This document shows, piece after piece, positions 39,366 to 53,900 of a stretch of DNA of 64,000 nucleotides. A program made the position numbers and the translations under genes. Every line of letters begins with the position of its first letter. Position 1 is the first letter of the stretch. The notes beneath the pieces were generated by a model that ran no database searches, was not told where the DNA came from, and saw only the letters and a program-made list of their open reading frames with translations. The DNA is from Hydrolagus colliei (Eukaryota): the NCBI GenBank assembly GCA_035084275.1, contig CM068744.1:71114001-71178000 (forward strand), written 5' to 3'.

Positions 39366-42300
39366 GATATTACTTTGAATATTCTTTTTTGCATGAAGGA
39401 ACATGTGTTCTGGAATACAATGACCTTTCATTATAAAATTAAGATTAACCCCAGACTATGGCTGGCAGCCAGACTCTCCCAATGACCAAACCCTCGTGAC
39501 AGCAGATATGCCTCACCGTACACTGGCTCGTGCATACAGACAGCACAGAAGTGCTTTGAGACATCAATAAGATGTGAAAAGCGCTGTATCAAATGCAAGG
39601 ATTATTGTTATTACTGTGTTATTATTTAAATTTAATTTAGTTGTTGAGCTATAAGTAAGTATTTTCAGGACCATAATACTAAGAAGGTTCTGATTTGACC
39701 AAAAACACTCAACATTAAATCGTGGGCAAAGATCTTAACAATAATAATAGTCATCTTTCCCTCGGTCCCAAGTTTCCTCAAAACTTGCTTGATAAAATGG
39801 CATGGCATGAGAAATAATGTATCTGTCCCACCTGTGTTCCAAATTCTGTTAGCTGACATGTATTTAGCACTGACCCGATCAACGGCTCAATAACTGCATA
39901 CCACAATCTGTCAATGTACCAAGTTGGTTGTTTTCTGTCTGTCTACATTTTTCTAATATTGAATTTGGATCTCTTGTGATGCATACCACAGCACTCATAG
40001 TGGCTCTGAGAACCCTTCCAATGTACCTTGCAAAATATTTAATTTGCAGCGGTAATACGTTAAACACTCGAGTTGTGAGTGCCATTATTAGTAACCGCCT
40101 CTGATCCCACTCATCACAGGTGTTTTGTATGGCTAACCATGAAACTTTGTTAAAATAGTCGTAAATGAGCCTTCAGCCTCTCTTCCCCAGCCTTTGGAAT
40201 TCTATTTCACAATCCTTCCACCTGGCCCCTCCCTAGTCTTCTTCAAATCCCACCTCAAGACCCTACTCTTCAACCGTGCCATTTGTCATCCTGCTAAACC
40301 CCCTTCCCTCCATCCTCCTCAATCCTGAACCCAGCTCTGATCAAAATCACTGCCTGTCCAACTCCTTGTGATATTCTCCCGAGATGAAAGACGCTATGTA
40401 AATACAATTTTATTTTTGTATCAAATACCAGGATTATTAATATTAATATTATCAAAAGGTATTCATACCCCACTACTGTTTACCTCTCTTCCATTGTCAA
40501 ATTCCACATATATGTACAGTTTTATATGGCACACTGAAATGCTGGACAAAAGCATATCATACTCCATCTGGTTCACCCTTAACCTTCCTGGAGGTCGCAT
40601 GCACATATGTCACAAACTACCTATACCGTATGTATATCTATATATACACCTTAATTAAATTTCCTAAAGAAAACAATTGAATCTGTGTTTGGAAGAATCA
40701 ACACTATCTGTTTCAACCATATCCTTGGAGCCTGTTCCCCAGGTTCACTATACACTCACTGAATTAGCGTTTCAGTAGAGTCATTCTGAATTTCAATCAT
40801 AGGCCATGACCTCTAGTTCTTTTATTCTGGACAAGCAAAACGAAAGTCTAGTCACTTTGGTTGCACTCTATTTATTCTCAATTTCTCCAATATCATTTTC
40901 ATACTGTGGCTAGCAGAATGTTTAAGTAGTCCAGATATGGTCTCAATAATGGCAGTGGCACTTTTGGGGCTTGCTATTGATTTTTTTGATACAACACAAC
41001 ATCTGGTTTGCTTTATTCACTGCCACAGAGCATATGGGAGAGCTTGAATTTTATTGCCAATCAGGACCCCTAGATCTCTTTCATTTCCAAACAAGAAGAA
41101 CTTTGGACACACATCGGGTGAGCCACAAGTTTAAACTTTACTGGGACTTTGCTATCATTGAAAAGGCATGAGCATAAATTATAGATTTTAGTCTATGCTG
41201 TATAATTATCAAGTTAATGGGTTAACATTTGTTATTCTCCAGTCCCCCAGGTATGACTCCAGGAATTACAGATCTCCTGAATAACAACTATTTAATTTCA
41301 TATTTCCATGGTGGTTGTAGGCTGTATCCCACCAGGGCTGTTACCTTAGGATATTCAAATCTTTCAGTTTAATATTCACTTTACCCAAACATGGACAAAC
41401 CTGCCTGGGTGGTGGAGCAGTCAGCACAGCATTTCTGCCTATGCAAACTTCATTATGATCAGCGACACTCTATCACCTGCTTTTCCTATTTCAGGTGCTG
41501 ACTGGATGGGTCCTGGTACAGAAAGTCTAGAGACTCGAGTCAAGCATAAAAATACACACATTTTAGGAGTGCTGTGGGGAGGCTCATTTCAGCTATTATA
41601 TAGCTATTAGCCAATCTCAAATGATAGAACTATTGTCTCTCTCTCAGAAGGTTGTATATTCAAGTCCAAATGCAGATTCTGAAATCACACAGACTAGTCT
41701 GCAATGCAATACAACAACAACTTGCATTTATGTAACATCCTCCATGGCAGGCGGCATCTCAGAGCACTCCACAGTAGCGGAGCCCAGGGCTGAGCCAGTG
41801 TGAGATGGAAGGTGACCATAGGAACGGTTGAACAGAAAGGTCTTCAGGCATGACCTGAAAATGGAAAACATGGGGGCAAGGCAAAACGATTGAGGGAGGG
41901 AGCATGGTGGCTGAAAAGAGGAAGAGGAGGATGTCAGCCTCAGTAGATCAAAGGCAGCGGGTGCTGCTGTGAGGAGAGAGGAGGTTACAGAGATAGTGGG
42001 TGCTGATGATTGGAGGGATTTAAACACAAGAGTGAGGATCTTGAAGTATCTCTACCCTGTGACAGGGAGCCAGTCAAGTCAGGCAAGGACTGGGGTAATC
42101 AGGGAGCAAACTTTGGTTCAGAGAGTGCGGGCAGTGGAATTCTGCATGAGCTGAATATTGTGAATGGTGGCAGAAGCGAGACCGGTAACTAGGGCATTGG
42201 TGTAGTCCAGCTGAGATGTGACGAAGACATGGAACATGGATTCGGCAGCTTTTGGGCAATGCTGGTGAAGGTACCCCATGTCTGCAGAAAACATCAACAA

Positions 42301-43915
42301 GAAGGAGCATGTAGATAAATAGAAGAGGGCCAAACATGGATCCCTGGGATATCGCTTAGGTGCCTAGGCAATAGCGAGAGGAAAGCCATTGGTAGAGATC
42401 CAATGCTGGTGGTTTGTGAGGCCACGAGGTCCCACTGAGATGTATGGCGGAGGACAGTCGGTGGAGGAGGATGGAGTGATCAACTTTGTCAAAGGTGGCG
42501 GAAAGGTCCAGGAAGATACAGAGACAGATGGACCCCTGGTTGCAGATAGAGAGGACATCGTTTGTGAGTGTCACAAGCGTAATCTCTATCCTGTGGGAAA
42601 GGCAGAATCCAGACTGGAGGGGTTCAAATAGGGTGTGGAGGAAGAGGTGTGCATTGAGTTTGTTGGCAACAATGCATTCTAAACCTTTTGCAATGAAGGG
42701 CAGATTTGAGATAGTGTGGAATTAGCTAGATTTGGAGAGATCAAAGGTAGGTTTTTTAAGGAGATGCGTGATGACAGCAGTTCTGAGAGCCGGAGGGACT
42801 GTTCCTGAAGAGAGGGACTGACTAATGGTGTCTGCCAACAATGGACAAAGGAAGTGCAGCTAGGCAATCAGCAAGTTGGTTGGAAAGGGGGTAGAGGCAG
42901 CGGGGGGTGGGTTTCATAGTAGTGATGGTGGAGCAAGGAGAGATGGGGAAGAAGGAATATAGGATGGGGGTCGTGGTAAGAGCTGAGGATGGGATGGGCG
43001 AGGGAGACAGACTGGAGGTGCTGGTGGGCAACAAGTAGCGGGAGGGTGAGGCTGCCAGGTGGATGTTATTGATTTTGGTGGAAAGGAAGTCCTTGACCTC
43101 TTCACATTTGTTGTTGGATGTGAAAATTGAGGATGCTTGTGGGGGCGCAAGGAGGAGGTGCTGGATGGTGGAGAAAAGGACCTTGGAGTTGTTTCAGAAT
43201 GATGTTGAAGTCGTGCACCATTTTTGTGTGTGACAAGGAACGGCGGTAGCTGTGAATATGCTCGAGCCACAGTTGGTGAAGCCAGTTTTCTGCCATCTGC
43301 ACTCAGGCAGCCGGTATGAGATTTCGGCGAGTGGAAATGGTCACTGTACCAGGGGGATCGGGTGGGTATGGAGATGGTCATGGATTTCAGAAATGACTGT
43401 GAAGGAGCTGGATTGTAAGATGTGTATTTTTTGGATGAGATGTTACACTGAGGTCCCATCTACCTCAGAGATTGGATGCACATTTAAGAACACATAGGAC
43501 TACTGTACTTGAAAAGTGAAGCAAGATTTTCCCAGGATTCTGTCAAACAGTGTGTCAGCCCGTCTGGTTGGGTCCCACTAAGATAGATGAGGGAGGAAAG
43601 GTGATGGAGGAGGATGGAGTGGTCGACTGGAGGACAAAGAGGCAGGCAGTTCTTCTCAAACTCCCTGTATCCTCACATCAGACGACCCTTGAAAAGAGGT
43701 CCTAGGCTTCTTCGCCTCAAGCTCTGTAAACAATCACTTGGCTGAATTTTTCCCCTTCACACCACCACTCGTCCCACTCCCCCACTCCACCTTCTACCCC
43801 CACGCTAACCATCCACAGTGCCTCCTCTCTCCACCATGGGTCCTACCACTCTCCCCTTCCTGCTCTCTTTTGTTCCCATTTCTCCCTTCTCCCTCTCCAC
43901 TGCCAACCGCCTTCA

Positions 43916-44618
43916 TATGAAAACGGTGGAATTACAGAAATTGGCTTCTTTTAAAAATAAACTTGGAAGATTCTTCTAACTTGTATGTATGAAATTGTAC
44001 AATGTGCTTCAATCTGTTCTGCCACTTTAGTTTGTTACTAACATTAACTCTCTGAATGGATAAGTTGATATTGAAGTTAAATTTCTCAATAAACGGTATC
44101 AGACACTTCACATATGAAATTAATTGATCACCACTTGATTTTCCAACCACACAGTCAGGAAACATTCGGGATACAAAGTTCACCTGGGTTAAGTTACTCA
44201 ATTTGCTTTGCATTGCAAAACACCCACAATTTGGCAGTTTTTCACATTCACAAAGAACAGTTTTGAATCGTGTCAATTATCTTTAGCAATCAGCCCCGTA
44301 ATTTAATACCTTCTGGCCAGGTACCATTTGGCTGAGTCAGCACAGCATTCCCTCCAGGATCAATGAATGCATCTTTCCGAAAGTGACGTATCTCAAATGG
44401 ATTTAAGAAGAGGCTAAGAGTAAATATAGAATTACTGTATTGTGTGCTCCTATTAACAAGGTTCTCACCAAACACATTTTACTTGTGGTGGAATTTGTTT
44501 TTGATTCTTTGTGCCATTTCTTTTCCAAGCAGCTGGTATATATTCTTACGGTGAAATAAAAGGGTGTTGCATCCAATCACTTGCTAATTTTACGTCACTT
44601 TCTTACTGGGAAATAAAC
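43916..44618 (+). pseudogene. Unit-3 copy of the inverted SOUL-like 3'-end relic
   Basis: Duplicate of 6243-6945 with a few substitutions. Confidence 0.72.
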
Positions 44619-47600
44619 TCTGCCTTTGGTTTGGTCATATCGTATCTTTTTGTGTGCCAGAAAAATACATGAAGATAGCAGGAGCTACGAAAGAGAAAAT
44701 TAACTGTTTTAGTAATGGAATGTACACTCTGCCTCCCCGGAGGGATGCAGTAGTGTTGTGTCCTGCACTGTGATCCATGAGTCACTCTGCTTCACTGGCT
44801 TGGAACCCACCAGCAGGTTCAGTTCAATGTCCTCATATTAATCTTTGCATCCTTCCATGGTCTCCTCCACATAACACATTTCATGTCCCTCCACCCACCA
44901 GCTTCACTGTCACAGTATCAGTCCCCATTCCCTGGAACTCCATCCCCCAAACCCTTCAGTTTGTCCCTTACCTTTCGCCTTTCAAACTCCAGATAAAGGC
45001 TTTCCTCCTTCACTCCCATTCCGCTTTCATACTGAATATCTTGATGTAAATCAAGATTTGCATCAATAGTGTATCAATAATACATCAATGTCGTTATTTT
45101 AACCCCGTGTCATGTGAATAATCACTCCCCAAAAAAAACAATAATAAAATTGGTCATTTCAATCCACAACTGTGTGTGGGACACTGCTGTGCGCAATCGG
45201 CTGCCGCGATTCGCCCACAAATATGTACAGTCAATTCACTTTACAGTGTATTCTGTGAAGCGCTTTGGGACATTGATAAGATGTGGAAAGCACTATACCA
45301 AATGCAAGAATTATTATTATTATTATTATTATGAATCACCACCATGTTTGGTGATTGTGTGGTTGGAACAAGGAGTTCCAAAGGGCGGGAGCAGAGAGGC
45401 TGAAAGCATTTGCACCGATGGTTGGGCAGGTCAGGGTAGGCCTGATGGGGTCATGACACATGGTGTCGTCCACAAGCCTTGGCCCTTGTCTTCATGCACT
45501 TAATGTCTTTCAGATTTGCAAGACAATAAAATATTGCAATTATCAAGCAGCTTTCTTGTCCGAAGGATGTCCCCAGGTGCTGAATATGTCAGAGTATTTT
45601 CCAAGCTGGGTGGAGACTGGGCATTGAACAGCAAGTCCTTGATTCAGCCTTTGAAAGAAGAAGTTGAAGGAGCAAGCTGAAGGGACTTTGGGATGGACTG
45701 CAGATAATGTGGACAGATACCACACACAGAGAGACATACATGATAACAATAATAATCTTTGCATTTGATAACAGTAATCTCTCAATAATAATCTTTGCCT
45801 GATCACATCATCACACTGTATCAAAGCACATCACAGAATATATTTTAGAGTGAATTGACTGTATATTTGTTGCATGAAACCGAGAAAGATTCACACATAC
45901 CCATAGAGAAGCACAAGCATACTCAGCGAGAAAGAGAGACAAATAATCACATGTAGAGGCACATACTTACAGATACAGAGAGACAAACAAGCAAGCACAT
46001 TCATACACACACACACATACATACATACATAAATACAAAGAGAGACACAGACAGAGAGATATCAGATAGTCTTGAGGCCAATACTTGAGGCAGAGGGTTA
46101 GTGGGACATAAGCAGCCCACAGACATGGGGCCTATTGGGGCTAGAGGCAGGGCAGAGGGAGGAGAATGGGCAGGGTACTCATTGTGTAGGTGCCCAACAT
46201 GGGAAACGACACCAAGCAGCCTGCAAGGGACAGACAGGGGAGGGGAAGGAGGCAGATACTGTAGACAAACGACACCATACTACAGCAACAACAAAATTAC
46301 ATTTGTTTAGAGCCTTTCACATCGGGAGGACTTCCCAAGGCACTGAACAGTCAACATTTCACACCAGAGCTAGGGTTGTGATCAGGGAGCGTAGAGGGAA
46401 GGGAGGGGAAGTGTGGTGACCAATGGTACGGTCAAAGAGGTGGGTCTTGAAGCGGGTCTTGATGGAGGAGGAGACGAGGCTGAGGGATTGCGGGATTGAA
46501 TTCCAAAGTTGGGGGCTGATTGGCTGAAAGCTTGCCCATCAATGGTGGGGAATATGGGTCAGGGGACAAGGAGCAGACTGGAGTCCGCTGAGCACAGGGA
46601 GTGGACACGCTGGTAGCGGGTTTACTTCATTGTAGAAACTATTAGGTGCGGATTGGCAAGTACCAAGGTTTGGAGGCAGAGTGGGCGTTGGGGTAACTGC
46701 TGGCACACAGATACCCAGAGGGAATCATGACATACTCAGCGAGAGAAACAGATAAACACTCATCCATAGAGGGACACATTTACTGGCAAATGCAGGCATA
46801 ACAACAACAATTAAATTAGCTATGCCCCCAAAAGTTGGTATGGACTGAGGGAATATGAATAACCCTGAATACTCGGAGAATCTCCCTTCTCTTTGTGGGA
46901 TAGGGGTTAAACACAGCCTATAAGCTTCTGAAACAGGAAAAGCAGGTGAGGGTGTGTGGCTCATGTTAACGAATTTGACATTGGCACCAATGCTGTGCTG
47001 ACTGCTCCACCTGAGCAAGTTTCTGTCCATGTTTTGGGAGAAGTGAGTATTAAATTCAAAGATTTGAATGTCTGTAAGGTAACAGCAAAGGTGAGGCGCA
47101 CCCTACAACCATCAAGGACATCTGAAATGAAATATTTGGTGTGCATGAGATCTGTAAATCTTGGGAGTCATAACTCAGGAAGGACTGATGAATAACAAAC
47201 GTTATCCAATTAATCTGCTAATTATACATCACTTTGACTGAAATTTGTCCTGATGAAGGTTAAACTTGTGGCATACGTGGAGCTCCTCGGCTCAGTGGTT
47301 AGAGTACTTGTCTTGCAAGCTGGGGAGACCAAGCTGGGGAGACCCGAGTTCAAATCCAGGCAGGTCAGGGCGAAACCTTGGGCAAGTTTCCTTACTCCAC
47401 ATGCCTAATAATAATCCCTCAAAAAAAAAAACAATAATAAAATTGGTCATTTCAATCCACGACTGTGTGTGGGACACTGCTGTGCGCAATTGGCTGCCGC
47501 GATTCACCCACAAATATATACAGTCAATTCACTTCACAGTATATTCTGTGAAGCGCTTTGGGACGTTGATAAGATGTGGAAAGCGCTATATCAAATGCAA

Positions 47601-48150
47601 GGATTATTATTATACGCGACTTGCATCCACAGAGTTCTTCTTCATGGTTCAGTGTTCCTCAGCATGCAATAGGGGAACGTTTCGGAGCATTTTCCCTCTG
47701 AGATGCTATTGATAATATCCCGCACATACGTTCCATACCTAATGGATAATAATAAGGTAAAAACAAGGGAAGGAATGGATATCCGCCAGAGAATATGACA
47801 AGTTGAGAGAGAGAGAGAGAGAGAGAGCGAAAGAGCCAATACAATGTCCTTTGGAAAAAAAAATATAGTAACTGTAATCAATATCCTCGCCTTTTCGTTC
47901 AACACCTCTCCCTTCTGTTCTACCCACACCATCTGTAACCCTGACATTAAGTTCTCAGATTTATTGTGACAGAGCTTACACAAGATCAAGCCAGGATTTG
48001 ATTGTATGTTCTTAGTTTTTAGTATTCTGCAGCTCAGTGTAAGGTTCTGGATGATATTTGATTGATTGATCGGTCGGTCGATTATTGATTGTCAAGAATG
48101 AGCAGGACAGACTAAAAGTTCAATAACAAGTTTATTGCATTAGTAATAAG

Positions 48151-50168
48151 TAGGGAACGGCGATTAATTGGTTTTTCGATTAAACCAGATGTGATTTTCA
48201 CATCGGTGTGCCGATATGGTAATTCTAAAAAACCTGTTATATCGAGGGATTCGATTTTAAAAATATATATCGTTATATTTTTAATATAGTTCCTGGCAAT
48301 ATATCAATATTGTTGGTATTATCAGTGTAATGCGATCTTTTCCAGCTTACCTTGTCGCCGGCATTGCAACCTCCTAGATCTAGAGCATGGAATGCGCGTA
48401 CATTCGGTGCGCGCGCACAATTAACGCGCGCGCACATCCGATGCGCGCACACACTTTACTGTGTATACTCGACGTGAGTCGTGGCGTCTTAACAAAGTCG
48501 CATCGCTGAAAATTGTAGTTTGAAAATTTACCTTTCTCATCATGGGGAAAAGAAGCCCCGTATGGGACACTTTGAAAACAATGCAGTCAGTAATGGTGTG
48601 TATAGATGTACAGTTTGCAAGGTCTTGGTTAAGACATCTGATTCGAGCACGAGCAACCTGCGACAACACATTAAGCAGCACCACCCCGCCCAGCACGCTG
48701 CCCTCAGAGCGAAATCATTGTCGACAACAGCAGGAAGTCGAACCAGCGCTTCGGAGAAAGCGACAGGTAGTGGGGCCAGTGCAGCTCAAACAATTCCTGC
48801 TTTATTTAAGAGGAGAACATTGTACCAGAGAGGGGACAAAAAGTGGCAAAGTATCACGAACGCTGTCACTTTTTAAGGAGAGCTTGCCAATGGCGAAGGA
48901 CATTAATTCAGACTACATAAAAATAAGTGGCATTTTGTGGCTGTAAGTGTTATTTTTGTGTGTGACAGAGTTAGAAGCCAAACTATCACTGCTTCTGTGT
49001 GTGTGTCTAGTCAGACACACACAACAGTGATAATCTGGCTTCTACCTCTAACAGTCAGACTGTCTGTCTCTCTCTTTTCTATTGTAATAGATCTCATTTA
49101 CACGTGGACATTACATGCTACTTTCAAGCAAGAAATGGAGGAGAATAAATCTCTAGATTTTTTTTTGGTGTGTGTGTGTTCTATTTTGAGAGAAGGAGAG
49201 GGGGAAAGTTGGGAGAGAAGGAGAAAGGAAGAGAGGAGAGGGAGGGAGAGAATGAGAGGGGGAAAGGAGGGAGAGAAGGAGAGAGGGGAAAGGAGGGAGG
49301 GGGGGAGAGAGGGGAGGGAGAGAAGGAGAGGGGGAAAGTTGGGAGAGGAGAGAGGAAGAGAGAAGAAGGAGGGAGAGAATGAGAGGGTGAAAGGAGGGAG
49401 AGAAGGAGCGAGGGGACAGGAGGGAGGGGGGGAGAGAGGGGAGGGAGAGAAGGAGAGGGGGAAAGGAGGTAGAGAAGGAGAGAGGAAGAGAGGAGAGGGA
49501 GGGAGGGAGAGAAGGAGAGGGGGAAAGGAGGGAGAGAAGGAGAGAGGGGAGGGAGGGAGGGAGAGGGGGAAAGTTGGGAGAGAAGGAGAGAGGAGGAGAG
49601 GGAGGGAGAGAAGCAGAGGGGGAAAGGAGGGAGAGGAGACAGGGAGAGTGGAGGTGGAGGGAGAGAAGGAGAGGGGAAAGGAGGGAGAGAAGGAGAGAGG
49701 GGAAGGAGAGAGGGGAGGGTGGGAGGGGGGAGAGTGGAGGGGGAGGGAGAGAAGGAGAGGGGAAAGGAGGGAGAGAAGGAGAGAGGGGAGGGTGGGAGGG
49801 GGGGAGAGTGGAGGGGGAGGGAGAGAAGGAGAGAGGAAAGGAGGGGGAGGGAGGGAGGGAGGGAGGGAGGGAGAGAAGGAGAGAAGGAGAGGGGGAGGTA
49901 GGGAGCAAATAACATCGTATAATTCAACAGACCTTGACACCAACATTACAAACTTTCTGGGCCTAGAGCACGCATTTCGAAATGTGCGTGCACCACGACT
50001 GCGCGCGCATCGTCATCGTCATTGATGGCGCGACTGCGCGCGCCATCAATGCACGCGCACTTCGAATGCACGCGCATGCGCAGTATAAAAACTCGATAGA
50101 TCGGTTTGAGCAGGTATGAGCCAGCCGATATAACCATATCCGGAAAAATCCCATATCGCCGTTCCCTA
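48151..50168 (+). mobile_element. Non-autonomous hAT (Ac/ZBED1-like) DNA transposon carrying a BED zinc-finger transposase 5' remnant
   Basis: 14-bp TIRs TAGGGAACGGCGAT...ATCGCCGTTCCCTA and an 8-bp TSD GTAATAAG (48143-48150 / 50169-50176). MGKRSPVW/GHFE...CTVCKVLVKTSDSSTSNLRQHIKQHH at 48542-48690 is frameshifted. Empty site at ~13912 in unit 1. Confidence 0.93.
49190..49905. repeat. Polypurine (GA/GGA-rich) low-complexity tract inside the hAT element
   Basis: Almost all G/A, with degenerate repeats such as GGGAGAGAAGGAGAGGGGGAAAGGAG. Confidence 0.9.
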
Positions 50169-50965
50169 GTAATAAGGACATAGACACAAATACAACAAAA
50201 TAAACAAACTTATAGACTCTTCAGATTAATGATAATTTATCCACTCCGAGCAATTGTACTGCCCACCTCGCAATGTATGTATGTGTGAGTATCAAGCAGA
50301 CTACCGGGTTCTGACGAAGAGTTGTAGACCCGAAACGTTGACTCCTTTTCCTTTCTCCATGGACGCTGACCTGACCTGCTAAGTTTCCCCAGCAACTTTT
50401 GTTTTTCTGTTAGTGGACGACCGGGTCCTGGGTGTCTCACAAAACACCACCTCAAGGTCCAGTTCCACTCTGTTGATAGATCTCCTTACTCTCTTCTATG
50501 CCCCATTTGCCTTTTCCTTGACTTCGGTATGTCTCTCTTTCGCTCTTTCACTCTCTCTCTCTCTATCTCACAAGTCAGGCTCTGACTTGGGTTCGTTGAT
50601 GGGTTGATGGTCTGCTTGACGGTCAATATAGGCTTCTCTCTTGCTGTTTCTCTCTCTCTCATTTTTACCAATTAAAGCATTATCTCTATTATCCAGGCTA
50701 TCACACAACAGCTGGACTCTCAGGAGCACAAGTCTTTGATATTCTGGCTTTTGGTGTCGGCTAACTACACGATACACAAACAACCAGACCTATCCTCTTC
50801 TGACTGTTGGCTTGCTGATTCACTGTGTACTGTCTTCCTGCTAGCCTGACCTCTAACTCCCCTGCTGGTTCTCTTTCGGTCTTTCCTTGATTGAGGAAAA
50901 GACTATCTTGTCAATGATTGAAATTATGGTTTCTGTGTCGCTTCTCTGTGTCTTGTGTTGCCTCC

Positions 50966-53900
50966 TTTTTTTTAAAACAAATATATATTTATTTTTTTGT
51001 TAAAAACATATAGATTTGTTTTTTTAAACCTTCCCCGTGACATCAAATCGCCCAAGTCCTTTTTCCCGTGACATTCCGCATCGGCCTTGACTCAGTACCC
51101 ACGCGAAAAAAAAAAACAACCCATTCACCACTCCCAACAAAAAAACCTTCCACCGTCTTTGTGGAGAAAAACAAAAAACCTGTCCTTCTCAACACAAAAA
51201 CGCCTATTCCCCACATTCCCTTATGTCAGGCCTCCTCGCTTCTCTGCACTGCTGCCTTTTTTTACAGGGAGCAGTTACAAAGGGGCTAATCCCAGCTCCA
51301 CCATCCTTTCCTTAGCGGATGGTAGGCCAAAAAACCAAAAACAGACATTTGGAAAAAAAAACACTCCGATGCTCTCCCCTTTATGGGGAGAGGCATCTAC
51401 AAAGGAAAAACCTTCACTTGGGGACACTCTCTGGTTACAGGTCGAGTGTCCCCCCACAAGCACTGCTGATAGTGTCCCTGACGTTCTAAGCAGTGGCATA
51501 CTAGATCACGCCCCACCTATCCTTAGCCTCGACCGAGCCTATCTCCAGGGCGTCCCTGATGACATATTCCCGGACACTTACTATCGCCCTCCTGTAACAG
51601 GCCGACACTGACCTATTTCCATGTCCGGAGGTCTCTCGGTTGCGGCAGACCCATAGGCCATGCTTGACCGAGTTGATGACCCTCCAGGCACATTGTAGGT
51701 CGGTCACTTCGTGTGTTCCTGGAAAGAGGCCATACAACACCGAGTGGACTGACTCCCGGGATGAACCGCGAGAGTAGCCACTCTGTCTAGTTCCACACCT
51801 GGTTGGCAAAGGCACAATGCAGGAACAGATGTTCCTCATTCTCCTTCCCTCCACAGCCCTCCCGAGGGCAACTTTCTGACTGCACTAAGTCTCTTCTTAT
51901 CAGAAAGCTCTTGAGTCCAAGAACTCTCTTGACCATCATCCAGGCCACATCCTGGTGTTTGTTAGTCAGAGCTGGGGATGAAACGTTCTCCCAGATGTGA
52001 CTAACGGTCGCCGGAGGGTACCCTACCAAGGTTTCGTCCACCTCTCTCTCTCGGATGATGTCTAACACCGTCCGTGGTGTCCAACTGGGAACTTCAGAGG
52101 GATCCACCCTGTTCTCGGATAGGAATGTCTCGATCTCCTCCAGGTACCTCGGGACATTCCAACCCAGAGGGGAGTTCCGTGGCAGCTCAGCCAATCCTAA
52201 CCTTCTTAGCACTGGGTACAGATAGAAGCCCAGCATATATCTGCATGCAGTGCCTTCATATCTTGGCTCCTGGCAGACCCTCACGCAGCCACACATAAAG
52301 GTGGCCATGATAGTCCGGGCTACATCAGGGACACCCTTCCCTCCTTTGTCTGGAGTCTTGTGAATCGCGGCCCTGCGGACACGATCCATCCCAGAGCCCC
52401 AGACAAACCTAAAGATAGCTCTGGTGACTGCGGTGGCGCAGTGTTTGGTCAAGGGCCAAACTTGCGCCACATACAGTAATCCAGAGATCGCCTCACACTT
52501 AATCACCAGGTTCTTCCCAGTGATTGAAAGCATGCGTTCCTGCCACTGCTTCAAACGTCCCCTAATTCACGCTATTGCCATCTCCCAGTTCTTCCCCCTT
52601 GCCCCAGCGGCCCCAAACCAGATGCCTAAGATTTTAATGTATTCTGGTTTTACCTCAAAAGATACCTTCGCCCGGTCTTGCCAGTTGCCAAAGTACATCA
52701 CCTCACTTTTTTGGCGATTCACTTTGGCACCCGTAGCCCGTTCCAAAAGATTGCAGATACCCATCAAGCTCTCAATCGATCGGTGATCTGAGCAAAACAC
52801 CGTAACATCATCCATATACAAGGACACCTTGGCTTGCATGCCTTGGCTGCCCGGGATGATGACGCCTTTGATGCTCTGCTCCCTCCTGATTGCCTGTGCA
52901 AAGGGCTCGATGCAACAGACAAACAGGATAGGGGAGAGGGGGCACCCCTGTCTTACTCCCGACCTGACGGGGAAAGGCAGCGTTTCGTTCCCATTAACCA
53001 TCACTGCACTGCAGATATCTCTGTAGAGCAGGTGGACCCAATCGCGAATTCTTTGTCCGAAACCCATTTTGGCAAGTACCTCATACATGTAGTCATGAGA
53101 TACTCGGTCAAAAGCTTTATCTTGGTCCAGACTGATGAGGCAGGTCTTCCCCCCTCTCTCCTGCACGTAGGCGATGGTATCCCTTAACAACACAAGGTTG
53201 TCAGAGATCCTCCGGCCTGGCACCGCGCAGGTCTGATCGGGGTGAATTACCTGCTCCATGACAGTCTTCATCCTCTCTGAGATCACCTTTGCTAAGATCT
53301 TATAGTCTACGTTTAGTAGAGATATAGGTCTCCAGTTCTTTAAATCCGCCTTCTAGCCTTTCTCTTTATAGATCAAGGTGATGTTACCTTTCCGCATCGA
53401 GTCTGCCATGGTTCCTTCTTGAAGCATACTCTCGTACACTTCCAGGAGGACCGGTCCGATCACGTCCCACAGGACTAAGTACAGTTCCACCGGGAGGCCA
53501 TCGCTCCCCGGGGTCTTACCTGTCCTGAGGGAACCTACCGTCTTGGTCAGCTCTTCAAACGAGAGCGGCCGATCCAGATGTTCTCGACTCCCCTCGTCCA
53601 CCACTTCGGTGAGGGCAGAGAGAAAATCCCGAGTGGCCATGCTCTCCGTGGCTTTCTCGCGATACAGGTCCTCATAGAAGGATCTTGTGATCCTCCTCAT
53701 GTCTTCCTGTTCTGTGCACATGGAGTCGTCTCCATCCTTCAACCCGGAAATCACAGAGCTACCTCTGTTCACTTTCCGGAAGAAGAAGCTGGTACACTTC
53801 TCGTCTCGTTCTATCGTGCGCACTCTGGAGCGGAAAAAGATCTTGGAGGCTTCCGAGGCGAGCAGCACTCCTTGCTGGTCTCTCACCTCTTTAATTGCCT

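Noticed and set aside
48937-50025. 362-aa G/E/R-rich ORF and the antisense P/S/L-rich ORFs
   Set aside because: Artefacts of a stop-free polypurine tract inside a transposon.
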